This document shows, piece after piece, positions 9,067-16,871 of a DNA stretch of 64,000 bases (within the stretch, counting starts at the first letter, position 1; each line of letters begins with the position of its first letter). The notes below the pieces were generated by a model, which made no database searches, was not told where the DNA came from, and saw only the letters and a program-made list of their open reading frames with translations. The DNA is from an uncultured Methanospirillum sp. (GTDB lineage Archaea > Halobacteriota > Methanomicrobia > Methanomicrobiales > Methanospirillaceae), in the NCBI GenBank assembly GCA_964501565.1, contig CAZCUJ010000003.1, forward strand, positions 41,100 through 105,099, given 5' to 3'. The translations under genes were made by a program, and so were the position numbers.

Positions 9067-9248
9067 CCGTGCTCAGCCGACCGAATTACCTGCCATTTTC
9101 TTCCGTTCTCGAGGGTCCGCTCGACCAGATCGAAGGCCAAATCGATACTATTACTGGAAAATATCCGGGTTCCACTCCTGTTCTGGCACTCGCCCGCTGT
9201 AACGACCAACACGATTTTACTTCACCACCGACGATCAGGATCGTATGA
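9063..9248 (+). CDS. hypothetical protein (61 aa)
   Basis: The ATG overlaps the preceding stop (ATGA). Composition is markedly AT-richer than the surrounding genome. No recognisable motif. Confidence 0.35.
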   Translation: MTVLSRPNYLPFSSVLEGPLDQIEGQIDTITGKYPGSTPVLALARCNDQHDFTSPPTIRIV

Positions 9249-9285
9249 TCGCCGTTACGATCGCCCGGTCCCCGGAGAGGCGCTG

Positions 9286-9492
9286 ATGCCGCGGCAATGG
9301 GACGGGAAGAGTCCCCGGATCTGTCCCCTCTGTGGCCGAACATTCACGGACGGCGGGTTCGTAATCCCGACCGACCCGGAGTACGGCGATTCCTTCACCT
9401 ATTGCCGGACGTGCCACGATGCCGACGAGGCCGCATGCCGTGCCGATGCCGCCTGCCGGGGCGATACCAACCGGCGCAGGATGGGGGGATGA
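9286..9492 (+). CDS. zinc-ribbon protein (68 aa)
   Basis: 'CPLCGRTF...YCRTCH' is a C4 zinc-ribbon arrangement. The ATG is preceded by GGAGAGG. Confidence 0.5.
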   Translation: MPRQWDGKSPRICPLCGRTFTDGGFVIPTDPEYGDSFTYCRTCHDADEAACRADAACRGDTNRRRMGG

Positions 9493-9632
9493 CACCGCCC
9501 CGAACGCCCGACCGCCGTCCTGTCCGTGCGCCGCGCGGAGCAGGAGTTGAGGCCGTGCCGGGTCCGATGCGGGGGGCTTTGAGCGCCGATGACAGGGCAG
9601 GGCTGATCGACCTGCTCCGCCGGAGCGAGTGA
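9489..9632 (+). CDS. hypothetical mini-protein (47 aa)
   Basis: ATGA overlap with the zinc-ribbon ORF stop. The R/P-rich composition makes it doubtful. Confidence 0.2.
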   Translation: MTPPRTPDRRPVRAPRGAGVEAVPGPMRGALSADDRAGLIDLLRRSE

Positions 9633-9965
9633 TCGGGGCAGGTCTCGAGGATCGTCCCTCGAACCAGCATCATCACGGCGGGCGGTACGCGATGCCCGGG
9701 GAGGACGCGCGATGAACCCCGACCTGGGGCGGGGAGCTCCCGCCGATAAAAACAGAGATCGACAGCGCGGTATTCTGCCGGTTCCGGCTCGACATCGAGT
9801 GGCGCCGATGCACCGGGTCCTCAGTCCGGCGGCAGAGTGCACCATGCAGACGGAACGAACTCGATACCACTGTGCCGCCGCCAAACACTTGATGCATCTC
9901 GGCGACCGGGAGAACGCGAATCGAGTTTTGATTGAGGCCACTCCGCAGCGCAGTCGAGGAGCATA

Positions 9966-10331
9966 ATGGGCATCTGGATCGGCGACCTGCTCAGGTGTTA
10001 CGACGGAACCTCCTACGAGGTCGGCGCCTTTCTCGATTGCGGCGAGTCTCGCGAAGGGGGCGGAACCCTGTACACCGTCTGTCTTCTGCCGATGCTCGGC
10101 GACCCCACCAATCCCGAGGACTGGATCACCGTCCCGCTGATCGTGGCCGGCGATGTGGTCCTCTGTCCGTACCACTGGCGGAGCAATCCGAACGCGTACC
10201 GGCTCGACATTTCCGAATATCGATGGGTGGAGATGGCGACCCGGACGGCGTGCGTGATGATCGACGGATGGCCGTATCTGCCGCCCGGGCCAGGCGGTCC
10301 GGACGAGCGGCCGGGCTCTGTGAACGACTGA
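9966..10331 (+). CDS. hypothetical protein (121 aa)
   Basis: Unbiased, protein-like composition ('GIWIGDLLRCYDGTSYEVGAFLDCGE...'). The start overlaps an upstream short ORF stop (TAATG). No family recognised. Confidence 0.5.
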   Translation: MGIWIGDLLRCYDGTSYEVGAFLDCGESREGGGTLYTVCLLPMLGDPTNPEDWITVPLIVAGDVVLCPYHWRSNPNAYRLDISEYRWVEMATRTACVMIDGWPYLPPGPGGPDERPGSVND

Positions 10332-10341
10332 CGGAAGGACG

Positions 10342-10629
10342 GTGCTGTCCTGCCCACGAACACGAACGACGACGGGCTGGGTCGAGCGCAAGAGATGTTC
10401 ATTGCGGATCGACGGTGGACGAGGCGATACTCTCATCATCTCCAGCGGCACCTGTCGCCCCATACGTCCCTGTCATTGTAAGGATTGCAGGGGGGTCTCG
10501 ATCTCCTTGGCGCCACTCGCCGCCCTGGCGGGGACGGGTAGCTTCCCCACCGGGACAGACGATTCTACCATGCCGATCTGGCCCGGGTTCTTCGCGTGGT
10601 CGGATCGACCTGTGGGGCGGACCGCATGA
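10342..10629 (+). CDS. hypothetical protein (95 aa), doubtful
   Basis: GTG start preceded by GGAAGGA. The stop overlaps the next start (ATGA at 10626). The Cys/Arg/Thr-rich composition is ambiguous. Confidence 0.3.
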   Translation: MLSCPRTRTTTGWVERKRCSLRIDGGRGDTLIISSGTCRPIRPCHCKDCRGVSISLAPLAALAGTGSFPTGTDDSTMPIWPGFFAWSDRPVGRTA

Positions 10630-10952
10630 CCGCCGACCAGGGCGGCGAGGAGATCGACGAGCGGATCCGCGCGATCATGGTCGAGGGGGTCGCGGACCGG
10701 TTTTTCATGCTGTCTGGCCGCGCAGAGTGCATTCGCAACGGCTCCTCGCGAACCATCTCGTGCACCAGGGACCTCGAGATGTTCACCGCAGTGCTCGATG
10801 CACTCGCGGCTGATCTCGGTCAGCCCCACGCAGATCCCGTGCGCCGCATGACCGAGGATCTCGAGGCGCGGGCCGCCCTGGATCGATCGGCGCTCGTCCA
10901 CCTCTACCAGATGGAAGAGGCAGACCGGCCCGGCGGAAGACCAGAGCCATGA
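10626..10952 (+). CDS. hypothetical protein (108 aa)
   Basis: 'MTADQGGEEIDERIRAIMVEGVADRFFMLSGRAECIRNG...' has a helical, protein-like composition. It is the last member of the plus-strand mini-ORF chain and is convergent with the PolB gene. Confidence 0.45.
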   Translation: MTADQGGEEIDERIRAIMVEGVADRFFMLSGRAECIRNGSSRTISCTRDLEMFTAVLDALAADLGQPHADPVRRMTEDLEARAALDRSALVHLYQMEEADRPGGRPEP

Positions 10953-11007
10953 ATCGGCCGGCGCGACCAGAACCATCAGCCACCCGGGCCCGAGGTTCGC
11001 CCCAGGA

Positions 11008-12984
11008 CTACGCCAGCGGTGCATACTCCCTCCTCTCCGCCGGTACACCGAGCCCCACGGCAATCTCGGCCCACGCCTTCGCGAGCACGCGGCGGTAGTA
11101 CTGCCGATCGGCGTGGTCCGCGTTCCAGGCGCAGTCCGCGAGACCGGCCCGGGCATCCCGGACGACGTACCGGATCGTCATCCCCGGCGCCACGGGCACG
11201 CCGGCCCGCCGGTACGATGCCACCGCGCCCCGTTCCGGGCATTTCCTTGTATAGTCCACCGTCGAGATCCGCCGGCTGATCACCAGGTCCTCGACCGGTG
11301 CCGTCGCGAGGCTGTCGCAGTACCGCCGGTAGACACCTTCGACCTCGGGAGCGATCGCCCGCAGCTCCGCGGTCGACCGCGCCGTGCCCATCAGGGCGAG
11401 CGCCTCCTGCTGGAACTGCTGCACGTACGCCGGGCAGTCTCCGCGCCGGGCCATGATCCCCCGGACCTTCACCTCGCCGTCGTCGAGCCGGCCGTAGTAC
11501 CACGTGTACGCCCCCGTCCCGTCCTTCTGCGGCAGGAAGACCACCCAGTCGAAGGTCTCGACCTCCATCAGGTACCCGCTCTCCGCCTCGATCGCGGCCC
11601 TGAGCCGGTCCACGGGCTCACCCTGGACGAAGAGGCAGTCCGTGATACCGTGCAGCACCTCGAAGCCCATCGCCTCCGCCAGGTCCTTCGACGCGATCAA
11701 CACCTCGCGCGAGATCCGCGTGATCGTTTCGTGGACGTCCACGCGCCCGAACTTCGCGTTCTTGTACCCGGTATAGCCGAAGCAGGTCACGAGCATCCAC
11801 TTGAGCACCGAGTCCATGCCGGCTACCGCCGGGTCCGCCCTCTTCGCGGCCTTCGTCCTGATCCGCATCTCCAGCAGGGGCCGGAGGCATTCGGCGAGGA
11901 ACCCCGACCGTTCAGGGTGCTCGACCGTCTCGGGCGAGAGATTGTGCCTGACGATGATCGACGGGTAGAGCGAGGTGAAGTCGACCTGGTAGACCTGTTC
12001 GTAGACCCCCGGCGCCGGCTGGAACATCATCCCGCCGCGATCTGCTGCCCGGAGCGCCGTGATGGTCTTCGCCCGCTCGGCGTCGGCCTTCTGCCAGGGC
12101 ACGGCGATCCCCCGGGAGAGCGCCGCGTACACTTCGAAGGACGAGATCAACGTGCCCGGGGTGACCCGCGCCGCCCGGTTCGGCGAGAGCCCGGTGATCC
12201 GTGCCGCGACGAGCACGCCGGGGAGGCCTCCCTCGCGGTAGGTGAACGACTGTTCCGTGTCGATCAGCACGCGCCCGGCCGGGATCATCGCCTTGGGCTT
12301 GTGATACATCCGGCCGTACGAGAAGTACGACCGCGAACCGAGCGTGACGTACCGCCCGGTCCGCGAGAATGCCGTCTCGAGCCCGTAGCAGGTCGCCGCC
12401 TCGACGAGCCGCTCGGTCCACGTGTCCGCGTTCGGGAAGAGGACGACGTCGGGGTCGACCGTCTCGACGAGGCCGAGGAGGTCCCCGAGCACGGTCCGCT
12501 CGTCGCCCTCGAACCGGCGAGTCCGGTCGCCGTCGGTCATGGTGCCTCCCTCGATCCGGTCTGATCGGACGGGATCGCCGTCGAGCGCAAGCTCGGTCAC
12601 GACGAGGTCCTGCGCAAGGGTCATCGAGAACCGCTCTTCGCCCGGCCCCGTGCAGGGAAGGAGGCCGCGCTCGGCGAGGTAGCGCTGGTCGCGGCGGACG
12701 TCGACGTTGTAGCAGACCGCCCCGTAGTCGGTCTGCCGCAGGACCGCCGCGGCCACGTCCTTGCCGGCGTCGATACGCCAGCCCGGCCGTTCGTCGTGGA
12801 TGGTCCGGACCGTGACCGGCTCGAGGCCGACCTCGCTCTCGAGCGCGTCGAGGAGTGGCCAGTGGCGGACGGGGTCGTCGAGAGTAAGGAGGAACGACGG
12901 CGGGCAGGGGACGCGCTCGACCGCGCCGCCCGGGCCCCAGAGCGCGACCGTGCCCCGCTCGACCGTGGTGTCGAGGACCCACAC
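11008..12984 (-). CDS. family-B DNA polymerase, short PolB2-like form with degenerate exonuclease and motif-C residues
   Basis: 658 aa with a GTG start. Motif A 'VDFTSLYPSII' is intact. Motif B is 'KWMLVTCFGYTGY'. Motif C is 'HGITDC' where 'YGDTDS' is expected. 'VKVRGIMARRGD' is KxY-like. The ExoI and ExoII positions read 'LALDGD' and 'FPNADTWTERL'. Confidence 0.85.
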   Translation of the reverse strand: MWVLDTTVERGTVALWGPGGAVERVPCPPSFLLTLDDPVRHWPLLDALESEVGLEPVTVRTIHDERPGWRIDAGKDVAAAVLRQTDYGAVCYNVDVRRDQRYLAERGLLPCTGPGEERFSMTLAQDLVVTELALDGDPVRSDRIEGGTMTDGDRTRRFEGDERTVLGDLLGLVETVDPDVVLFPNADTWTERLVEAATCYGLETAFSRTGRYVTLGSRSYFSYGRMYHKPKAMIPAGRVLIDTEQSFTYREGGLPGVLVAARITGLSPNRAARVTPGTLISSFEVYAALSRGIAVPWQKADAERAKTITALRAADRGGMMFQPAPGVYEQVYQVDFTSLYPSIIVRHNLSPETVEHPERSGFLAECLRPLLEMRIRTKAAKRADPAVAGMDSVLKWMLVTCFGYTGYKNAKFGRVDVHETITRISREVLIASKDLAEAMGFEVLHGITDCLFVQGEPVDRLRAAIEAESGYLMEVETFDWVVFLPQKDGTGAYTWYYGRLDDGEVKVRGIMARRGDCPAYVQQFQQEALALMGTARSTAELRAIAPEVEGVYRRYCDSLATAPVEDLVISRRISTVDYTRKCPERGAVASYRRAGVPVAPGMTIRYVVRDARAGLADCAWNADHADRQYYRRVLAKAWAEIAVGLGVPAERREYAPLA

Positions 12985-13065
12985 GGTCAGCGCCCTCCGT
13001 CTGCTGCGCGCGGTTCCCGCCGGTCTCCCGGCGCCGTCCTCCCGGTTCCGCGCGTCGTCCCGGGG

Positions 13066-13287
13066 TCAGGCGGGAGCCGCATGGCTCGCGGTCACGCCCT
13101 CGAGCTCGATCAGCACCGCGAGGACCGCGGCCTCGAGCGGATCGTCGAGCCCGCCGAAGGTCGCCGGCCCGTGCTTCTCGAGCGCGGCGATGACCCCATC
13201 CATCGCCGGCTGGTCGCCGGCCTTCAGCGCCCGGCGGAACCGCCGCCAGCGCTCGAGGACGAGCGGGAGCTCGCTGCGGCAGCTCAT
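13066..13287 (-). CDS. hypothetical protein (73 aa) upstream of the PolB-like gene
   Basis: ATG at 13287. 'MSCRSELPLVLERWRRFRRALKAGDQPAMDGVIAALEKHG...' is helical and on the same strand as PolB, 81 bp upstream of it. Confidence 0.4.
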   Translation of the reverse strand: MSCRSELPLVLERWRRFRRALKAGDQPAMDGVIAALEKHGPATFGGLDDPLEAAVLAVLIELEGVTASHAAPA

Positions 13288-13429
13288 GCCGCGCCTCCCG
13301 CCGTCGCCATGGGTCCCGTCCGACCGCCACGCTGGTATCGGGGAGGGGTGGAGGGACCGCATCCGTTGCTGTCGTGCATGGTGAGAACCACTACGTCGCC
13401 GCCATTGTCAAGGCGGCGGACGTCAGATC

Positions 13430-13475
13430 CTCGACGTCAAGATATATGAGGAGTGACGATCGCGGTGTGAAAGTG
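13430..13475. repeat. direct repeat DR2 (core 46 bp)
   Basis: CTCGACGTCAAGATATATGAGGAGTGACGATCGCGGTGTGAAAGTG is the partner of 8616-8661. Confidence 0.75.
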
Positions 13476-13692
13476 AGCGAGCCCTGATCGCGGAGGACGG
13501 AATAGGACGAGAAGATTGTTGGAGAGCCAGGCACCGTCGGTGACGATGACTCTGCCGTTACCGTAAACGTCGTTGGATAATCCGTCGCTACCGGTATCCG
13601 TCGGAGTGCCGATACCGTGGGCCGGGCTCCGGCCCGGGCGAAGCCTGCGGGGGCAGGCCCCTATTGCAGGTCTCCGCCCGGGCGTATGCTCC
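13437..13692 (-). pseudogene. 3'-terminal gene fragment without a start codon, ending inside DR2
   Basis: The open minus-strand frame '...TDTGSDGLSNDVYGNGRVIVTDGAWLSNNLLVLFRPPRSGLAHFHTAIVTPHIS*' lies directly downstream of the peptidase stop. No ATG/GTG/TTG is available. It uses rare codons (tta, aga). Confidence 0.3.
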
Positions 13693-16071
13693 TTACGCGA
13701 TCCAGGGGACGTCGAAGGTGTAATCCGGAGGCGCCTCGCCCTGGAGGTGGAGGACGAAGTAGTCGAACTGCCGGCGGATGAAGTAGGGATCGTAGTTGAA
13801 GTGGTGGTTCCTGTTCGGCAGGACCAGCATGTCAAAGGTCCTGTTCGCTTCGACCAGGGCGTTCGCGAGCTGGAGGCTCATCGACGGATGGACGTTATCG
13901 TCGAGGTCGCCTGTCACCAGGAGCAGGTTGCCCGTCAGGTTGGCCGCCTTCAGGGCAGTTACCTGCTCCAGGTAGTTTTCGCCGTCGGGCATTCCCTCGT
14001 ACTTCTCGCCCCAGTACGAGCCGTAGAGGCGGTTGTCCTGGTTCCCGGCCGAGGCCACGCCGACGGAATAGAACGTCGGGTAGGTGAGCAGCGCCTGCGC
14101 TGACATAAAACCGCCGCCCGAGTGACCGTAGATCCCGACGCGGTCGAGGTCCATGTACGATCGGTTCCTGCCGAGGGCCTGAATCCCCGAGATATGGTCC
14201 GCGAGCCCGCCCGCGTCACCCATGGATCCGTACGCGGCGTCATGGAAGGCCTTGGAGCGATAGGGCGTGCCCGGACCGTCGAGATTCACCACGACGAAGC
14301 CGAGCTCGGCAAGGGCCTGGGCCTTCCAGAAGATCTTCGCGTTCCAGCTGTAGTCTCCGGGGAACGCCTTCTCCGTCACGATCGACTGCGGCCCGGGATA
14401 GACCGAGTCGACGACCGGGTACATCGCCTGCGGATCGAACGTCGTCGGGAGGAAGAGGAGGCCGTAGAGGTCGGTCACGCCGTCCGCGGCCTTTACCCTG
14501 ACCCGCTCCGGCTGTCGCCAGCCGAGCGAGGTCAGATACGAGGTGTCCGCCTCCTGGACCTCGAGGAGGAAGGCACCGTCGGTCGCGCGGACGATCGTCC
14601 GGGGCGGTTCGTCGACCCGTGAGTAGGTATCCACGAAGACGCTCCCGTCGGGAGAGAGAGAGATCGCGTGATCGGCGTCCTCTGGGGTGAGGAGCGTCAT
14701 ATTCGTGCCGTCCGGGTGAACGCGGTAGAGGTGGCGGTAGTACGGATCGCGGTCTGGTTCGCGGCCTCCCGCCGTGAAATAGACCCAGCCGTCGCTAACG
14801 TCGAGGAGGGTCCGGACGACCCAGTCCCCTGCAGTGACGGCGTTCATCAGCCGTCCGTCCGCGCCGTAGCGATAGAGATGTCCCCACCCGCTCCGCTCGG
14901 AGAACCAGAGGAACTCGCCGTTCGTCTCGTTCACCCAGACGTTCGGCGCGCCGCCGTAGTCCAGGTTCGACTCGAGGTACGTGCTCCCGGTCTCGTTCAG
15001 TGCCTCGCGCACGGCGCCCGTGACGGGGTCCTCCTCGAGGAAGCGGAGCGTCCGTTCCCCCCGCTCTACGAACAGGGAGTGGACCCGCGACCCGTCCGCG
15101 CTCCACCACGCGAGAACGAACGCGCCTCCGTCCATGGACGAGGTGTGGGGCCAGGGGGCGTGGTTGACCCGGACGACCGACCCGTTCGCGACGTCGACGA
15201 CCACGGGCTCGTACTGCGCCACCTCCTCGCCGGGGTACGAGTAGCGGTAGGAGTAGGGAATGGGCCTGAGCGTGCCGTTCTCGGGGGAGTACTGCAGGAG
15301 GCCGAGCGCTGTCACGTTCCGCTGGTCGACCTGGAACGTCCTAACCCTGCGGGAGTCGGGGGACCAGGCGGCGAACGGCGTCGCCGTCGTGTTCTCCCGC
15401 GCGGCCGTCACGGGCTCGCTCGATACGTCCGCGATCCTGGCGTACGGGTGGTCGACCGTTCCGTCACCGGTCAGGCGGCGCACAGTGCCGGTCTGCAGAT
15501 CTCGGAGGGCGATGTTCTCTCCGTCGAGGAAGAGGGCGAGGAGGCCGTCGGGCGAGACGAGATCGCCGTCGGCGGGCGCGACGCCCGGGCTCCGGTCGTG
15601 GAGCACGGCCCCGTCCCATTCCCAGCTCCGGTTGAACGCCGCGAACCGGGCAGCCCCGTTCCCACGCACGACGACGGCCGCGAGGGGGAGCCCGGAGACG
15701 TTGACCGCCTCGCCGTTCGCGTCGGAGAGCGCTGTCGCAAGCGCGGCGTGGTCGAAGGCCGGCCGCTGCGTCCGGTTCAGGGGATCGACCAGGATGTACG
15801 ACGTCCCGCCCCGGCCGGTCCGTTCGTACCAGAACGCGGGGCTGTCCCCGATCCAGTGCGGCTCGGCCGACAGGTTGTACAGCTCGTGGACCACGCTCTG
15901 CGGGAGGAACTGCTCGGCCCTCGCATAATCCCCAGCGTCGGCAGCCGTCCTGCTTGCGCTGCTGGAAGAGCTGGTGAGCGAGAGGAACGGGTTCAGGTTC
16001 GTCCCAGCGCCTGCCGTGGAGAAGGTGAAGAGCAGGACCAGGGCGACCGCGAGGAGGGTATAGATCCGCAT
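13693..16071 (-). CDS. secreted S9-family serine peptidase (dipeptidyl-peptidase IV / prolyl oligopeptidase type)
   Basis: 792 aa. It has an N-terminal signal peptide 'MRIYTLLAVALVLLFTFSTAGAG', a beta-propeller-like N-half, and a C-terminal alpha/beta hydrolase with the nucleophile motif 'IYGHSGGGFMS' and 'GDLDDNVH'. Confidence 0.85.
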   Translation of the reverse strand: MRIYTLLAVALVLLFTFSTAGAGTNLNPFLSLTSSSSSASRTAADAGDYARAEQFLPQSVVHELYNLSAEPHWIGDSPAFWYERTGRGGTSYILVDPLNRTQRPAFDHAALATALSDANGEAVNVSGLPLAAVVVRGNGAARFAAFNRSWEWDGAVLHDRSPGVAPADGDLVSPDGLLALFLDGENIALRDLQTGTVRRLTGDGTVDHPYARIADVSSEPVTAARENTTATPFAAWSPDSRRVRTFQVDQRNVTALGLLQYSPENGTLRPIPYSYRYSYPGEEVAQYEPVVVDVANGSVVRVNHAPWPHTSSMDGGAFVLAWWSADGSRVHSLFVERGERTLRFLEEDPVTGAVREALNETGSTYLESNLDYGGAPNVWVNETNGEFLWFSERSGWGHLYRYGADGRLMNAVTAGDWVVRTLLDVSDGWVYFTAGGREPDRDPYYRHLYRVHPDGTNMTLLTPEDADHAISLSPDGSVFVDTYSRVDEPPRTIVRATDGAFLLEVQEADTSYLTSLGWRQPERVRVKAADGVTDLYGLLFLPTTFDPQAMYPVVDSVYPGPQSIVTEKAFPGDYSWNAKIFWKAQALAELGFVVVNLDGPGTPYRSKAFHDAAYGSMGDAGGLADHISGIQALGRNRSYMDLDRVGIYGHSGGGFMSAQALLTYPTFYSVGVASAGNQDNRLYGSYWGEKYEGMPDGENYLEQVTALKAANLTGNLLLVTGDLDDNVHPSMSLQLANALVEANRTFDMLVLPNRNHHFNYDPYFIRRQFDYFVLHLQGEAPPDYTFDVPWIA

Positions 16072-16107
16072 ACGAGTTGGTCGCGGCCTCGGAAGATAAG
16101 CGATCGG

Positions 16108-16355
16108 TCATGGTCCCGGATCGGCCCCCCCATCTGCCGGGTGACACCGGGTTACCGAGGAACGGGAGTTCCCCTGCCGGCCGGCGTCGACGAGCACCGC
16201 GTGGCCGTCAGGGCATGGATGATCGCCGCATCGGCCTCGCCCACATCGAGGAACGAGACAGTCAGGGTGTCGGGGACGGAGGTCATCGATGGGCCGATGA
16301 CGAGAGGAAAACTGAGACAGAGAAGCGGAAGAAGACGGCGCGTGGGGATACTCAC
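16108..16355 (-). pseudogene. N-terminal remnant of a secreted metallo-beta-lactamase-fold protein (frameshifted, truncated)
   Basis: From GTG 16355 the frame reads a signal-like 'SIPTRRLLPLLCLSFPLVIG' and then 'LTVSFLDVGEADAAIIH'. The expected continuation 'PDGHAVLVDAGRQGNS' is in another frame (shift near 16205-16214). The frame stops at 16108, before any HxHxDH motif. Confidence 0.4.
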
Positions 16356-16871
16356 TGGATTGGTGATTGTCGGACCGGGGATCAGGGAAGGCACACCGGG
16401 AGCGAGTACCCCCTCGGCCAACAGGTGACGGAAGGAATCGAGCTCGCCTCCGGCGTCAGCCCAGAGGCAAGCAGGCCTGCCTTTTCCCTCCACCGGCATT
16501 GGATCGGGCGGGCTCCGCTCGCTCGTGAGCCCGCCCAAACCCACCGCCCCGCGCGAGGGCGGTGCACCCCGACCAGGTCCACCGGATGATCGGTCATAAC
16601 CGCGATCCGGTTGCCGGCCATCCGGTAGCCTTGAGCCCGGTACCGCTCCAGATCGGCGATATGCCCCGACGTGTCCACGGCGATCCGGCACGGCTCGTGA
16701 TCCGCGATCAGCCGGGTGAATGTCGGCCCGTCGCCGACCATGACCCCGGCGGCGGGGCAGAGGTAGTAATTCCCGGTAGCCGTGAAGCCGGCAGTCAGGT
16801 CGAATGTCCCCGGGGTCACCGTGCGCGTCACGAGGCGGGCGGGAGGCGGACACCGCGTCGCCCAACCCTCC

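Larger units (their letters stand above)
7446..13496. mobile_element. putative decayed integrated element: dead integrase, mini-ORF operon and PolB-like gene, with direct repeats bracketing 8662-13429
   Basis: A tyrosine-recombinase pseudogene, direct repeats at 8616-8661 and 13430-13475, an inverted partial copy at 7469-7490, locally AT-richer stretches (e.g. 9063-9248), and compact 4-bp overlapping ORFs. The boundaries are uncertain. Confidence 0.4.

Noticed and set aside
11008-12984. Casposon or protein-primed viral PolB.
   Set aside because: There is no cas1 gene, no terminal inverted repeats around the gene and no terminal-protein-type N-terminal extension. The N-terminus and motif pattern look like RNA/DNA-primed archaeal PolB of the small PolB2 kind.
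16382-16831. A possible 150-aa minus-strand CDS starting at GTG 16831.
   Set aside because: Only the first ~90 codons look protein-like. The remainder is R/G/W-rich and overlaps another frame that looks better. It is treated as a probable gene remnant rather than a called CDS.
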